Below, one piece after another: positions 50,330-59,951 of a stretch of DNA of 64,000 nucleotides; position 1 is the first letter of the stretch; every line of letters begins with the position of its first letter. The stretch covers positions 44,090 to 108,089 of the forward strand of contig CBFGIT010000009.1 in the NCBI GenBank assembly GCA_965648905.1. Direction: 5' to 3'. The notes beneath the pieces were generated by a model. The model was given only the letters and a program-made list of their open reading frames with translations, had not been told where the DNA came from and did not search any database. This DNA is from a candidate division WOR-3 bacterium (GTDB lineage Bacteria; Hydrothermota; Tepidihabitantia; Tepidihabitantales; Tepidihabitantaceae). The position numbers and the translations under genes were made by a program.

Positions 50330-50667
50330 GAAAGCCGCGTCACGGCCGGGCCTGGGTGTTTCTGGTCTGCTGGATACTGCTCACCTCGGTCGTGCTGACG
50401 ATTCCGGTTCGGCGCCAGCCACGCATTGTCGAACGGGGCTATGACAAAGTCGTCCACACCGCGCTCTTCACGGTCATGGGCATTGCCGCGCAGGCCGCCG
50501 CACCTTGGGTATCGCTGCTCGTCACGACACCGGTTGCCGTCGGCCTGGAGCTCGTTCAGCAGCGCCTTCCCTATCGCACCTACAGCGTCGTTGACCTGCT
50601 GGCCAACCTGACCGGCATCCTGCTTGGTCTTGGGGCATTCGAGCTTTCGACCCGCCTGATGACATGA
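50326..50667 (+). CDS. VanZ family membrane protein
   Basis: DKVVH, ELVQ..LPYR.YS..DLLAN..G. Confidence 0.8.
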   Translation: MRKPRHGRAWVFLVCWILLTSVVLTIPVRRQPRIVERGYDKVVHTALFTVMGIAAQAAAPWVSLLVTTPVAVGLELVQQRLPYRTYSVVDLLANLTGILLGLGAFELSTRLMT

Positions 50668-51962
50668 ACGAAACCGACCCCGGCCCGCGTGGCCGACAGT
50701 CCCGGCCCAAAGGAACCAACGACCTGCTCCCGCCTGAGTCCGGTCGCTTGCGTCAGGTCGAAGCGACTTTCCGCGCGCTGGTCGAGTCGTTCGGATTTGA
50801 CGAGGTAATCACGCCGGTGTTCGAGCATACCGAGGTTTTTGTCAAATCCGCGGGCGCGGTCTCAGACATCGTCACCAAAGAGATGTACCGCTTCACCGAC
50901 CGGTCCGAACGGGACCTAACCCTGCGGCCTGAGGGCACACCGGGTGTGGTTCGGGCCGTGCTCGAAAACCGATTCCGAATTCCCTGCCGGCTCTACTACG
51001 TCGGCCCGTTCTTCCGCTACAGCCGGCCGCAGAAAGGCCGCTACCGCGAGTTCCGCCAGGTCGGCATCGAGGCCTTGGGCGAGGCCGCATCTGAGACCGA
51101 TGCCGAGGTCATCTTCATCGGTGCCGAGTTCTTTCGGCGGGTGGGCATTGCCGACTGTACGGTCCAACTCAACACCATCGGCTGCCGCACCTGTCGGCCC
51201 GAGTTCCGGACTCTGCTGGTCGAGTTCCTCGCTGCCAAGCAGGACCGGCTCTGCGCCGAGTGCCAGACCCGGGCCGACATCAATCCCCTCCGGGTCTTCG
51301 ACTGCAAGAACGAAAGCTGTCAGGCCGTGCTCGCCCTTGCCCCGAAGCCGCGCGAACACGTCTGCACCCGGTGTGCCGGCCATTTCATCGGCGTGCAACA
51401 GGGTCTGGAGCGCCGCGGCCTTGCCTTCAAGCTCAATGACCGGCTGGTGCGCGGGCTTGACTACTACAACCGAACCACGTTTGAATATACCTCGACCGCG
51501 CTCGGTGCGCAGGACAGCCTTGGCGGCGGCGGCCGCTACGACTATCTGGTCGCCGAGTTCGGCGGCCCGGACACAGCCGCGGTCGGATTTGCGCTCGGCC
51601 TGGAGCGCACCATGCTCGCCCTGCCGCCGGCCGAAGACCGGCCGCGTCGCGCGCTGGTCTTCATTGTCTGGCTCGGTGCGACTGAGTTTCCGGCCGCGCT
51701 CAAGGTCGCGAGTGACCTGCGCGCCGCGGGCATTGCCGCCCAGATTGACTACAGCGGGCGCCGCGCCAAGGCTCAGTTCAAGGCGGCAGACGCAGCCGGT
51801 GCCGCGGCCTGCGTCATAATCGGCCCGGACGAACTGGCAAAAGGAGTCTGCGCAGTCAAGAACCTTGCCGACGGCGCCCAGACCGAAGTCCCGGCCGACC
51901 GTCTTATTGACGAGCTCCGTCCGCTGCTCCAGCCGGCTGACAGCCCACCACCAACTCACTAA
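50664..51962 (+). CDS. hisS: histidine--tRNA ligase
   Basis: LRPEGT, RPQKGRYREF, LVRGLDYY, GGGGRYD, GFALGLER. Confidence 0.96.
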   Translation: MNETDPGPRGRQSRPKGTNDLLPPESGRLRQVEATFRALVESFGFDEVITPVFEHTEVFVKSAGAVSDIVTKEMYRFTDRSERDLTLRPEGTPGVVRAVLENRFRIPCRLYYVGPFFRYSRPQKGRYREFRQVGIEALGEAASETDAEVIFIGAEFFRRVGIADCTVQLNTIGCRTCRPEFRTLLVEFLAAKQDRLCAECQTRADINPLRVFDCKNESCQAVLALAPKPREHVCTRCAGHFIGVQQGLERRGLAFKLNDRLVRGLDYYNRTTFEYTSTALGAQDSLGGGGRYDYLVAEFGGPDTAAVGFALGLERTMLALPPAEDRPRRALVFIVWLGATEFPAALKVASDLRAAGIAAQIDYSGRRAKAQFKAADAAGAAACVIIGPDELAKGVCAVKNLADGAQTEVPADRLIDELRPLLQPADSPPPTH

Positions 51963-52001
51963 TGACTTGGCGCGACTCGCCGGCAAGAAGCCAACGTCGT
52001 G

Positions 52002-54152
52002 CTAGAACGAGAACCGGACTCCTGCGGAAACCGCCCGGCCGCGCGATGGGCCCCAGAGCGGCACGTCCTCGACAAACCAGCCGGACTGGACATAGTTGAA
52101 GATGTTGTCGATCCCGGCCGAGAGTTCAAGCGCTGTCCCAATCTGCTTTGTCGCCTTGACGTTCCAGAGCGTGTAGTTCGGCGAACGGGGCCCGGACACA
52201 AGTTCGCCTGCCTCGCGCTGCTGCGTCGGCATGCTGCCGACCAGTTCACCGACCAGCACCAGCCGAGCAGCAAGCAGCGCATGGTCATACGCCAACAGCC
52301 AGTTGGCCGTGTGCCGCGACCGGTAGACAAGCTCTTCACCGGTCGCGCGGTCGCGGGCATCGGTGAACGTGTAGCCGGTCCGGAATGAGAAGCCGGCCCA
52401 GGGCCGCGTCTGGGCGTTCAGTTCAAACCCCTGGCTCGCAATCGCGCCGATGTTGCGGTACTGGTACGTGCGCAGGCGCTGCAGCGTGTCGTAGCTGATT
52501 AGCCGTTCCTCAATCATGTCTTCTAGGTCGGTTCGGAACAGACCGGCAGTCAGGACGATGTCGCCCGGGTGATACTCGGCAATCAGGTTACTGCTTACCG
52601 AACGCTCGGGCCGCAGGTCCGGGTTCTGGGTGAAGTCGTACATGCCCGAACCAGGGCAGAAGTGGACCAGTTTCGAGAAGGTCGGCGGGGTCTTGTTTCC
52701 CAGCCCGGCTGAAGCGCGGATTGTTGCCTGGTGAAGCGGTCGCCACTGGACAGCAAGTCCCGGCGTCAGGGAAGACCCGTAGTCCGAATGCCGCTCAAAG
52801 CGCAGGTGGGGCGCAAGCGTCACCGGACCAAACGCGATGTCGTCCTGGAGCGTTGCGCCGCTGACCCGGACCGTGCGAGTGCTGGTGCGCACGTTCTCGA
52901 CCAGACGCTCGGCCCGGTGCGAAAGCGACGCCTGCACCTGCTGGCGCGAGCCAATCCGGGCGCGACCGACCGCCTCGACGAAGACCGCGTCCTCGAACGC
53001 AGTGAACCAGGTTTCAGCAACAAACACCCGCTGGCGGTAATCCGAGTAGTTACCGCGTAGTGCCACGCTCGCAGCCTCTGATGGCTGCCACTCCAGCACC
53101 GCACTCGGCCCCCACTGCAGGATATTCGGGTTCTGGTACAGGCCTTCGCCCGAACGGCCCGCAATCCGCTCCAGCGAGCCGCCGTGTCGTTCCTCCACGC
53201 CGACGCTTGCGCCCGCGACCAGCGTCAGTCGGTCCGCCAGCTTCTGGTCGAGCTTGAGCGCCAGTGAGGTCCGGTCGGCCTTGACATAGTCGGAGTTGCC
53301 GTCGCCGTCGAGGTCAACCGGGTCAGTGCTGCTGTGACTCAGGCTCGCGGTCGCGCCGGTGTTCTCCGACCGGATACTCGTTGTTGCTGCCAGTGCCAGA
53401 GCTCCGAAACTTCCGGCACTGAGGCTTACCGTGCCGCCGGTGCGGTCGGCCGACTTAGTGACGATGTTTATCGCGCCGGCGATGGCGTCACCCGAGTACT
53501 GCAACCCACCCGCACCCTTCACGACCTCCAGCCGCTCGACATTCTCCGACGCGAACGCGGTCAGGCCATAGGTGCTGCCGACGTCGGTGACGGTCGGTGC
53601 GCCGTCAACCAGAACCTGGGTGTACTTGCCGGCCATTCCCTGGATTTGGACCTCGGCAGCATGACTGCACGGGCATTTGGTCTTGACACTCACGCCCGGC
53701 TGCCAGCGCAGCGCCTCCTGGACATTCGCCGCCCCCTTCTCAGCAATCGCAGCGCTCGAGACTACTTCCTTTGCCACCGGCCCGGATTCGAGAATATGCT
53801 CCGGCGCCCGGATTTCAACCGGCGCAATCTCGACCGGCCGCATGACCAGCCGGAAACTGAGCTCGGCCTGAGCGAACGTCGGCACGACCACGGACCGCGT
53901 CAGCGGATCGTGCCCGACCGCGGATGCGGTTACCTCCTGCATCCCGGTCGGCACATTCCGGATCATAAACCGGCCCGACTCATCGGTCGCCGCGCCCAGC
54001 TTCGTCCCTTCGACCACGACATGTGCGCCGGCCATCGGCTCGCCGCTTGCATCACAAACCACCGTGCCGGTGATAGCACCGACCTGACCTGCGGCCGTTG
54101 CGGTCATGACCAGCAGCAGAGCCGCCATTTGTAACTTCAGAAAAGACCACAT
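52002..54152 (-). CDS. TonB-dependent receptor with N-terminal carboxypeptidase-like domain
   Basis: GGAGG RBS; plug ERLEVVKG...GAINIVTK; NPDLRPE; C-terminal Phe. Confidence 0.9.
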   Translation of the reverse strand: MWSFLKLQMAALLLVMTATAAGQVGAITGTVVCDASGEPMAGAHVVVEGTKLGAATDESGRFMIRNVPTGMQEVTASAVGHDPLTRSVVVPTFAQAELSFRLVMRPVEIAPVEIRAPEHILESGPVAKEVVSSAAIAEKGAANVQEALRWQPGVSVKTKCPCSHAAEVQIQGMAGKYTQVLVDGAPTVTDVGSTYGLTAFASENVERLEVVKGAGGLQYSGDAIAGAINIVTKSADRTGGTVSLSAGSFGALALAATTSIRSENTGATASLSHSSTDPVDLDGDGNSDYVKADRTSLALKLDQKLADRLTLVAGASVGVEERHGGSLERIAGRSGEGLYQNPNILQWGPSAVLEWQPSEAASVALRGNYSDYRQRVFVAETWFTAFEDAVFVEAVGRARIGSRQQVQASLSHRAERLVENVRTSTRTVRVSGATLQDDIAFGPVTLAPHLRFERHSDYGSSLTPGLAVQWRPLHQATIRASAGLGNKTPPTFSKLVHFCPGSGMYDFTQNPDLRPERSVSSNLIAEYHPGDIVLTAGLFRTDLEDMIEERLISYDTLQRLRTYQYRNIGAIASQGFELNAQTRPWAGFSFRTGYTFTDARDRATGEELVYRSRHTANWLLAYDHALLAARLVLVGELVGSMPTQQREAGELVSGPRSPNYTLWNVKATKQIGTALELSAGIDNIFNYVQSGWFVEDVPLWGPSRGRAVSAGVRFSF

Positions 54153-54230
54153 TGACAACCTCCATCTAGTCTAGATTCAGACCCGACAACCATTGCCCGC
54201 AGTACGCGGGCCCTGACCGAATGTGGGTTG

Positions 54231-54626
54231 CTAACTGAGGGGCGGGCTGCGCGGGCCGAGCGTCGTCACACCGGACAGACGCAGCAGGCGCTCGGTGGGA
54301 CCGGCCGGCAACTGAGGCGTGGCCTCAAGGACCGGGCCGGTGATGCTGACTGGCGGCAGAAGCAGCAGCAGGCGCGGTTCAGGCTGGCGTCTGGGCTCAG
54401 GCCGAATCGGCTTGCCGATGCAGGTGCATGCGTCGGACGAATACTGCGGCTCGGAGGAGAAGCGGCAAGAGGCATGCTCGTCAGTCTCAGGCACAGGTGC
54501 GCAGCAACAGCATACTGGTGCGGACAACTCGGTCGCGCGGCAGCCGCAGACCTGCGCCTGCAGGGGCTGCCACACGACCAGCAGCACGAACAGCAGGATG
54601 CGGGTGCGCCTGAGACTGCGAGTCAT
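54231..54626 (-). CDS. Cys-rich secreted/membrane small protein ending in RSPP (DUF2946-like uORF)
   Basis: Signal-like N-terminus; CGC, CCCC, CTC; C-terminal GPRSPPLS; directly upstream of the TonB receptor. Confidence 0.6.
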   Translation of the reverse strand: MTRSLRRTRILLFVLLVVWQPLQAQVCGCRATELSAPVCCCCAPVPETDEHASCRFSSEPQYSSDACTCIGKPIRPEPRRQPEPRLLLLLPPVSITGPVLEATPQLPAGPTERLLRLSGVTTLGPRSPPLS

Positions 54627-54696
54627 CGCTTCAATTCTACCTCAGCCTGCTCTCAGGGTCAACGCCTGGCCGCCTGTCCCTTGAAGGACGTACTGG

Positions 54697-55125
54697 TCAG
54701 GCCAGGGGCTGGTGATTGTCTTGTGGGTTGTGTTTCAGCAGGTCGAGCGAGTCGAGCAGCTCCTGCACCTGACGGCGGATCAGGTCGCGCACACGACGAT
54801 ACTCGTGGATGCCCTTGCCAAAGGGGTCAGGGACCTGCCACGGCACAACCTTTGCTCCGGGCAGAAACGGGCAGTCAACCTCACAGCCCATGGTGACAAG
54901 ATAGTCGAACTTCAGACTCGGCAGATCAGAGAATCCCTTGGGCCGAGCCGAGGAGATGTCGATGCCGATTTCCTTCATTACGGCAATCGTGTCGGGCTGG
55001 ACGTGCGCAGCCGGTGCCGACCCGGCGCTGGCACAATCGACCTCGCGGCCGAGCTCGCGGCAGAACGCCTCGGCCATCTGGCTGCGGCACGAGTTGCCGA
55101 CGCAGGCGAAGAGGATTCGGGTCAA
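54697..55125 (-). CDS. arsC: arsenate reductase (LMW-PTP family)
   Basis: CVGNSCRSQMAE P-loop; MGCEVDCP; PDP. Confidence 0.85.
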   Translation of the reverse strand: MTRILFACVGNSCRSQMAEAFCRELGREVDCASAGSAPAAHVQPDTIAVMKEIGIDISSARPKGFSDLPSLKFDYLVTMGCEVDCPFLPGAKVVPWQVPDPFGKGIHEYRRVRDLIRRQVQELLDSLDLLKHNPQDNHQPLA

Positions 55126-55203
55126 AACGCTGCCTCCATCGACACTCCCGGCAGGCGCGTCCTGGTGGTCATCTAGACTACTCTACTGATCTCGTCGGTC
55201 TGG

Positions 55204-56643
55204 TCAAGGCGCGTGACGAATCAGCGGAATGCCGAGCCGGCGGAACATCGCGGCGAGCCAGATGATTGAGGCTGCGGCCGACAGGAGGTCGGCTACCGGC
55301 AGGGCGAACCAGAAGCCTTCGGCGCCGAAGAGCCGCGCCAGCAGGAGCAACGCCGGCAAGTAGAAGATGAACTGCCGGGCAAGAGAAAGGAACATCGCCG
55401 GCAGGGCACGGCCGACCGCCTGGAAGAAAGAGAAGGAGACGACCGCGACGCCAACTAAGGAGAAGGCGAGGGCGGCGATGCGCAGGCCGTGCGCGGTCAG
55501 CCGGAGAAATTCGGGTTCCCGGTTGAAGACCGCGGCGAAGGACGCCGGGAACGCGATGAAGAGAAGACCGAGGCTGGTGGTGATGACAGTGGCGGCAAGC
55601 ATCCCTTCGAGCACAACTTCGCGTACCCGGTCAAGCCGGCTCGCGCCATAGTTGTACGCGGCGAGCGGAAGCACGCCCTGGCCGATACCAAGGCAGGGCA
55701 TCACTCCGAGCGCAAAGAGCCGGAACGCCACACCGTAAGCCGCAAGCGGGAGCGAGCCGAACCGGGCGATGACATTGTTGGCGACGAGCGATGCGACGCT
55801 GCCCGAGAGCTGGATTGCCATCGACGGCGCGCCGACAGCGTAGATTCGGCCCCAGACCCGCGGCCAGGGAAGGAAGTCGCGCAGCCGGAAGTGGAAGCCG
55901 CTTCTTGGCCCGGCAAAGTAGGCGACGTAGAGGACGAAGGCGACCCCACTGGCAAGAACCGTGGCGATGGCAGCGCCGCGCACGCCCATGGCCGGGAAAG
56001 GCCCGATGCCGTAGATGAGCAGCGGGTCAAGCACGATGTTGGTCAGAGCCGATACTATCATCACGACCATTGACTGCACCGGGTTGCCTTCGGCACGGAT
56101 GAGGTTGTTGGCGACCATCGGGAAGAAGACAACCGGCGCAAACCAGACGATGACGCGGAAGTAGGCCCGGGCGAGCGGCAGAGTGTCGGGCCGGGCCCCC
56201 AGCAGTTTCAGCACCGGGTCGGTCCAGAGCAGGAGCACGACCATTATCACCACCGCGGACAGGAACGCGAGGAGCAGGGCCTGGGCGCCGGCGTGGTTCG
56301 CCTCGCTTTCGTCTCCGGCGCCGAGCAGACGGGCAATAAGCGAGTTCGCGCCCACACCGACCCCGACCGAGAGCGAAAGCATCACGAGCTGCACCGGCCA
56401 GACTAGGGTGAGTGCGGCGATCGCCTCGTGCCCGAGCCGACCGACGAACGCGGCGTCGACCACGTTGTAGGTTGCCTGGACGACCATGCCCACAAGCGCG
56501 GGCAGGGAGAACGAGAGCAGCAGCCGGCCGACCGGCTGCTCGCCCATCCGGGCCGAACGGATGAAGTGGTTCCTGTTAGGCGGGAAGGGCGGCTGCGCCG
56601 GAACCGGCTGCTGGGCATCGGGATTGGGACCGGGGCTGCTCAA
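55204..56643 (-). CDS. MATE family efflux transporter
   Basis: YNVVDAAFVG, RAEGN, NIVLDPLLI, GVRGAAIAT, YNYGA. Confidence 0.92.
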   Translation of the reverse strand: MSSPGPNPDAQQPVPAQPPFPPNRNHFIRSARMGEQPVGRLLLSFSLPALVGMVVQATYNVVDAAFVGRLGHEAIAALTLVWPVQLVMLSLSVGVGVGANSLIARLLGAGDESEANHAGAQALLLAFLSAVVIMVVLLLWTDPVLKLLGARPDTLPLARAYFRVIVWFAPVVFFPMVANNLIRAEGNPVQSMVVMIVSALTNIVLDPLLIYGIGPFPAMGVRGAAIATVLASGVAFVLYVAYFAGPRSGFHFRLRDFLPWPRVWGRIYAVGAPSMAIQLSGSVASLVANNVIARFGSLPLAAYGVAFRLFALGVMPCLGIGQGVLPLAAYNYGASRLDRVREVVLEGMLAATVITTSLGLLFIAFPASFAAVFNREPEFLRLTAHGLRIAALAFSLVGVAVVSFSFFQAVGRALPAMFLSLARQFIFYLPALLLLARLFGAEGFWFALPVADLLSAAASIIWLAAMFRRLGIPLIRHAP

Positions 56644-56736
56644 GCGAACATACTACTATGTGAACCGCGAGTTTCAATCGGCACAGACGCCCAGTCCTGC
56701 CGGGTCAACCCCGCGTCGGTGCCGGAGGCGTCAGTC

Positions 56737-57171
56737 TCAGTCCAGTGCCGCGGGCCACTCGGCGATGCGGACCTCAAGTTCGTCGCGCACGCGGCGGAAG
56801 GCTGCAAGACGCTGCTCTTCCGTACCCTCAACAGTTGCTGGGTCGTCAAGCGGCCAGTAGAGTCGTTCCGACAGGTCGGGCCAGGCAACCGGACAGGCCT
56901 CAGCCGCGCGCGAGCAGACGAATACTGCCCAGCGGACACGGACAAACCCGAGGAACTCGCGCACGGTCTTGGGCCTGAGTCCGGCGGTACTCACGCCCTT
57001 CTCTTCCAGGACACGCAGTGCGAACGGATGCACTTCTGGGCCGGGTTCAAGCCCGGCGCTGGCCGCCTCGAATCGGTCGCCGGCGCGATGGCGGAGCAAC
57101 GCCTCGGCCATCTGGCTGCGACAGGTATTTGCCGTGCAGAGGAACAGAACAACCGGTCTGGTATCAGACAT
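56737..57171 (-). CDS. arsC: arsenate reductase (LMW-PTP family)
   Basis: CTANTCRSQMAE; VCSRAAEACP; WPLDDP; FRRVRDE. Confidence 0.88.
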   Translation of the reverse strand: MSDTRPVVLFLCTANTCRSQMAEALLRHRAGDRFEAASAGLEPGPEVHPFALRVLEEKGVSTAGLRPKTVREFLGFVRVRWAVFVCSRAAEACPVAWPDLSERLYWPLDDPATVEGTEEQRLAAFRRVRDELEVRIAEWPAALD

Positions 57172-57320
57172 TGGCTCTCCAGTTATGAACCAAACGTTAA
57201 CACGCGACTGCTAGGCGCATATGAAGAGCGGGTTAGGCCTCGGTCAACGCTCGGCCGAACACCGTTTTGCCATGCGAGGAAGTTGAGCGTAGTCTGACGA
57301 ACCCGTGTCCTGCGCCCCAC

Positions 57321-57349
57321 TTGACTTGTTATGAGCATATGCTTATAAT
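57321..57349 (+). promoter_or_regulatory. promoter with overlapping palindromic operator
   Basis: TTGACT-N17-TATAAT overlapped by TTATGAGCATATGCTTATAA (57329-57348, one mismatch). Confidence 0.75.
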
Positions 57350-57355
57350 GGACTG

Positions 57356-57859
57356 ATGCCCAGACCGCCGAACTGCCGCCGTGTCGCCGGCGTGCCCGGC
57401 GTGACCGTGTTCAAGCCGGCCAGCGTCCGTGCCTGCGGCCTGGAGTGGGTGACGCTGACGGTTGACGAGTTCGAAGCACTCCGGCTCGCCGACCTCGAGG
57501 GTCTATACCAGGAAGCCGCGGCCGAGCAAATGCACGTGTCGCGCGCGACTTTCGGTCGAATCGTCGAGAGCGCACGGCGCAAAGTCGCCCGGGCTCTGTC
57601 AGAAGGCCTGGCGCTTGCCATCACCGGCGGTAACATCCATGTCTGCCCGGGTCGGCGCTGTCGCCATGGTCGCGCCTGGCAGCGGGTCGGGCGACCGACC
57701 GCGCCACCTCCAGCTGAGCTGAATGGGACCGTGGGCCGCGGCGCGAACAGACGTCCAGAGCGGTCTGGCATGCAATACAGCGATAATACGAGAGTAGACG
57801 AAAGGAGTACGAAATGCCAAGAGGAGACGGGACCGGACCGACCGGAATGGGCCCGATGA
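57356..57859 (+). CDS. DUF134 (UPF0251) HTH protein
   Basis: MPRPPNCRRV...FKP...DEFEALRLAD.EGL.QE.AA..M.VSR.TF; C-terminal extent uncertain. Confidence 0.85.
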   Translation: MPRPPNCRRVAGVPGVTVFKPASVRACGLEWVTLTVDEFEALRLADLEGLYQEAAAEQMHVSRATFGRIVESARRKVARALSEGLALAITGGNIHVCPGRRCRHGRAWQRVGRPTAPPPAELNGTVGRGANRRPERSGMQYSDNTRVDERSTKCQEETGPDRPEWAR

Positions 57860-58159
57860 CCGGACAGGCCGCCGGGTTCTGCGCCGGATACGGAATGCCC
57901 GGTTATGCGAACCCGGCTTTCAGACGCGGCTTGGGCCGAAACCGTAGTTTCCGGGCTGGTGGCCGCGGCTGGCGCAACTGCTACTATGCAACCGGGATGC
58001 CGGGCTGGATGAGGTTCGGCGGCTGTGCCGCCCCCTCTGCCAGGCCTGACCCTGATGCCGAGAAGCAGGCGCTGAAGAGTCGCCGACGCGATCCGCTCAG
58101 AACTCGAAGCCATCGAAAGGAGGCTTGCAGAACTCGAGGCCGGTTCTGCGTCTAAGTAG
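57814..58159 (+). CDS. DUF5320-like protein, frameshifted near 58081
   Basis: MPRGDGTGPTGMGPMTG...FCAGY; the expected coiled-coil tail ADAIRSELEAIERRLAELE is in another frame ending at TAG 58157-58159. Confidence 0.75.
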
Positions 58160-58237
58160 AAGACAAGCGACCGCGCTGCCGGCCTCAGGCGGGAGCGGTC
58201 GTCGTCTGACAGACCATAGACCAAGAGGAGACATACG

Positions 58238-58912
58238 ATGGAACAGACCACAAGACTGCCGCTGATCGGCGAGAAGGCCCCGTCCTTCAGAGCCGAAACC
58301 ACCCAGTGTCCGGTGAACTTCCCGGACGACTACAAAGGCAAGTGGGTCGTCTTCTTCTCGCACCCGGCCGACTTCACGCCGGTGTGCACCACCGAGTTCA
58401 TGACCTTTGCCACGATGGCGCCCGAGTTCGAGAAGCTCAACTGCAAGCTGCTCGGGCTTTCAATTGACAGCACCTACAGCCATATCGCCTGGCTGCGAAC
58501 TATCAAAGAGAAGATCGAGTACAAAGGGATGAAGTCGGTCGAGGTGAACTTCCCGGTCATCAGCGACCTGACCATGGAAGTATCCAGGGCGTTCGGCATG
58601 CTTCAGCCGGCAGCGAGCACGACCCAGGCAGTACGGGCCGTGTTCATCATCGACCCCGAGTCCAAGGTTCGGGCCATCCTCTACTACCCGATGAGCAACG
58701 GCCGGAACATGGAGGAGGTGAAACGTCTCCTCATCGCTATGCAGCTTTCGGACAAGCACAAGGTCGCTACCCCGGCCAATTGGCAGCCGAGCGAGGATGT
58801 CATCGTTCCGCCGCCCGGTTCCTGCGGTGCGGCCAAGGAGCGGATGGAAAAGCCGGGCGAGGACGTCCGCTGCCTCGACTGGTTCCTGTGTCTGAAGAAG
58901 TGCCCAAAGTAA
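58238..58912 (+). CDS. peroxiredoxin (Prx6-type)
   Basis: FSHPADFTPVCTTE, SHIAW, GRN, TPANW, CLDWFLC. Confidence 0.93.
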   Translation: MEQTTRLPLIGEKAPSFRAETTQCPVNFPDDYKGKWVVFFSHPADFTPVCTTEFMTFATMAPEFEKLNCKLLGLSIDSTYSHIAWLRTIKEKIEYKGMKSVEVNFPVISDLTMEVSRAFGMLQPAASTTQAVRAVFIIDPESKVRAILYYPMSNGRNMEEVKRLLIAMQLSDKHKVATPANWQPSEDVIVPPPGSCGAAKERMEKPGEDVRCLDWFLCLKKCPK

Positions 58913-58934
58913 CGGCAGGCAGAAGGAGAGCCAT

Positions 58935-59297
58935 TTGAAGGTAGCTTTCACGGCATCGGGCAAGAACCTGGACTCGCCGCTTGATACCCGGTTCGGCCGG
59001 GCACCGGGGTTTCTCGTCTACGACACCGACAGCGGTGCGGCGGAGTTCATTGATAACCAGCAAAGCCTGAACGCGGCACAGGGCGCAGGCATTCAGGCAG
59101 CGGAAACTGTGATTCGGACCGGTGCCAGGGCGCTCGTGACTGGCCATTGTGGACCCAAAGCCTTCCGTGTACTCTCTGCGGCCGGTGTCAAGGTGTACAA
59201 CACCGACCAGACCACGGTCGCGGCCGCGCTCGAGGCGTTCAAGGCCGGCAGGCTCAAGCCTGCACAATCAGCCGACGTCGAAGGCCATTGGGCGTGA
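58935..59297 (+). CDS. NifB/NifX family protein
   Basis: RFGRA, GAGIQAA, TGHCGPKA. Confidence 0.88.
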   Translation: MKVAFTASGKNLDSPLDTRFGRAPGFLVYDTDSGAAEFIDNQQSLNAAQGAGIQAAETVIRTGARALVTGHCGPKAFRVLSAAGVKVYNTDQTTVAAALEAFKAGRLKPAQSADVEGHWA

Positions 59298-59347
59298 GGC
59301 CGACTGGCGAACAGACAACAGACTGCTGGTCTTTCCGAGGGTACGCG

Positions 59348-59839
59348 ATGCCTGGCAAGAGCACTTACCGAACCGGCGAAGAATGGGTCGCTGAGCTTCA
59401 GGACCGGATCATCCAGGACATGGAGAAGGTATACTCGCCTAAAGTAATGGAGCTCTGGAAAAGCCCGCAGAACGCCGGGTCGCTCGACCATCCAGACGGG
59501 TACGGCCAGGTGACTGGCCCGTGCGGCGACACGATGCAAATCTGGCTTAGAGTACTGAAAGACATGATTACCGAAGCAACCTTCTGGACCGACGGTTGCG
59601 GTACGTCGGTCGCCTGCGCGAGCATGGTGACCATCATGGCGAAGGGCAAGACCCTTGAACAGGCAGCCCGAATCGACCAGCAGTCGGTCATTGACGAGCT
59701 GGGAGGACTGCCTGAAGAGGACCGCCACTGCGCGTTGCTGGCCGCGACCACCCTTCGTGAGGCAATCGGCTGTGTCCGACCAGAGCTGACAAAGGACAGG
59801 ACTGCCTCAGGCTCAGCTCTGCATGGGAATCAAGGATAG
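59348..59839 (+). CDS. IscU/NifU-like Fe-S scaffold protein
   Basis: TGPCGDTM, TDGCGTSVACAS, HCALLA. Confidence 0.85.
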   Translation: MPGKSTYRTGEEWVAELQDRIIQDMEKVYSPKVMELWKSPQNAGSLDHPDGYGQVTGPCGDTMQIWLRVLKDMITEATFWTDGCGTSVACASMVTIMAKGKTLEQAARIDQQSVIDELGGLPEEDRHCALLAATTLREAIGCVRPELTKDRTASGSALHGNQG

Positions 59840-59951
59840 TGAGCTGCTGGCCGGGCAGGAAAGCTGGGCCGACGCTTGGTGGTCTTTTGGTCGGCAGCAG
59901 CCGAACCGCGGCGCGGCCGAACCGGTGCGGGTTCCGCGGCAAGGGCAGAAC

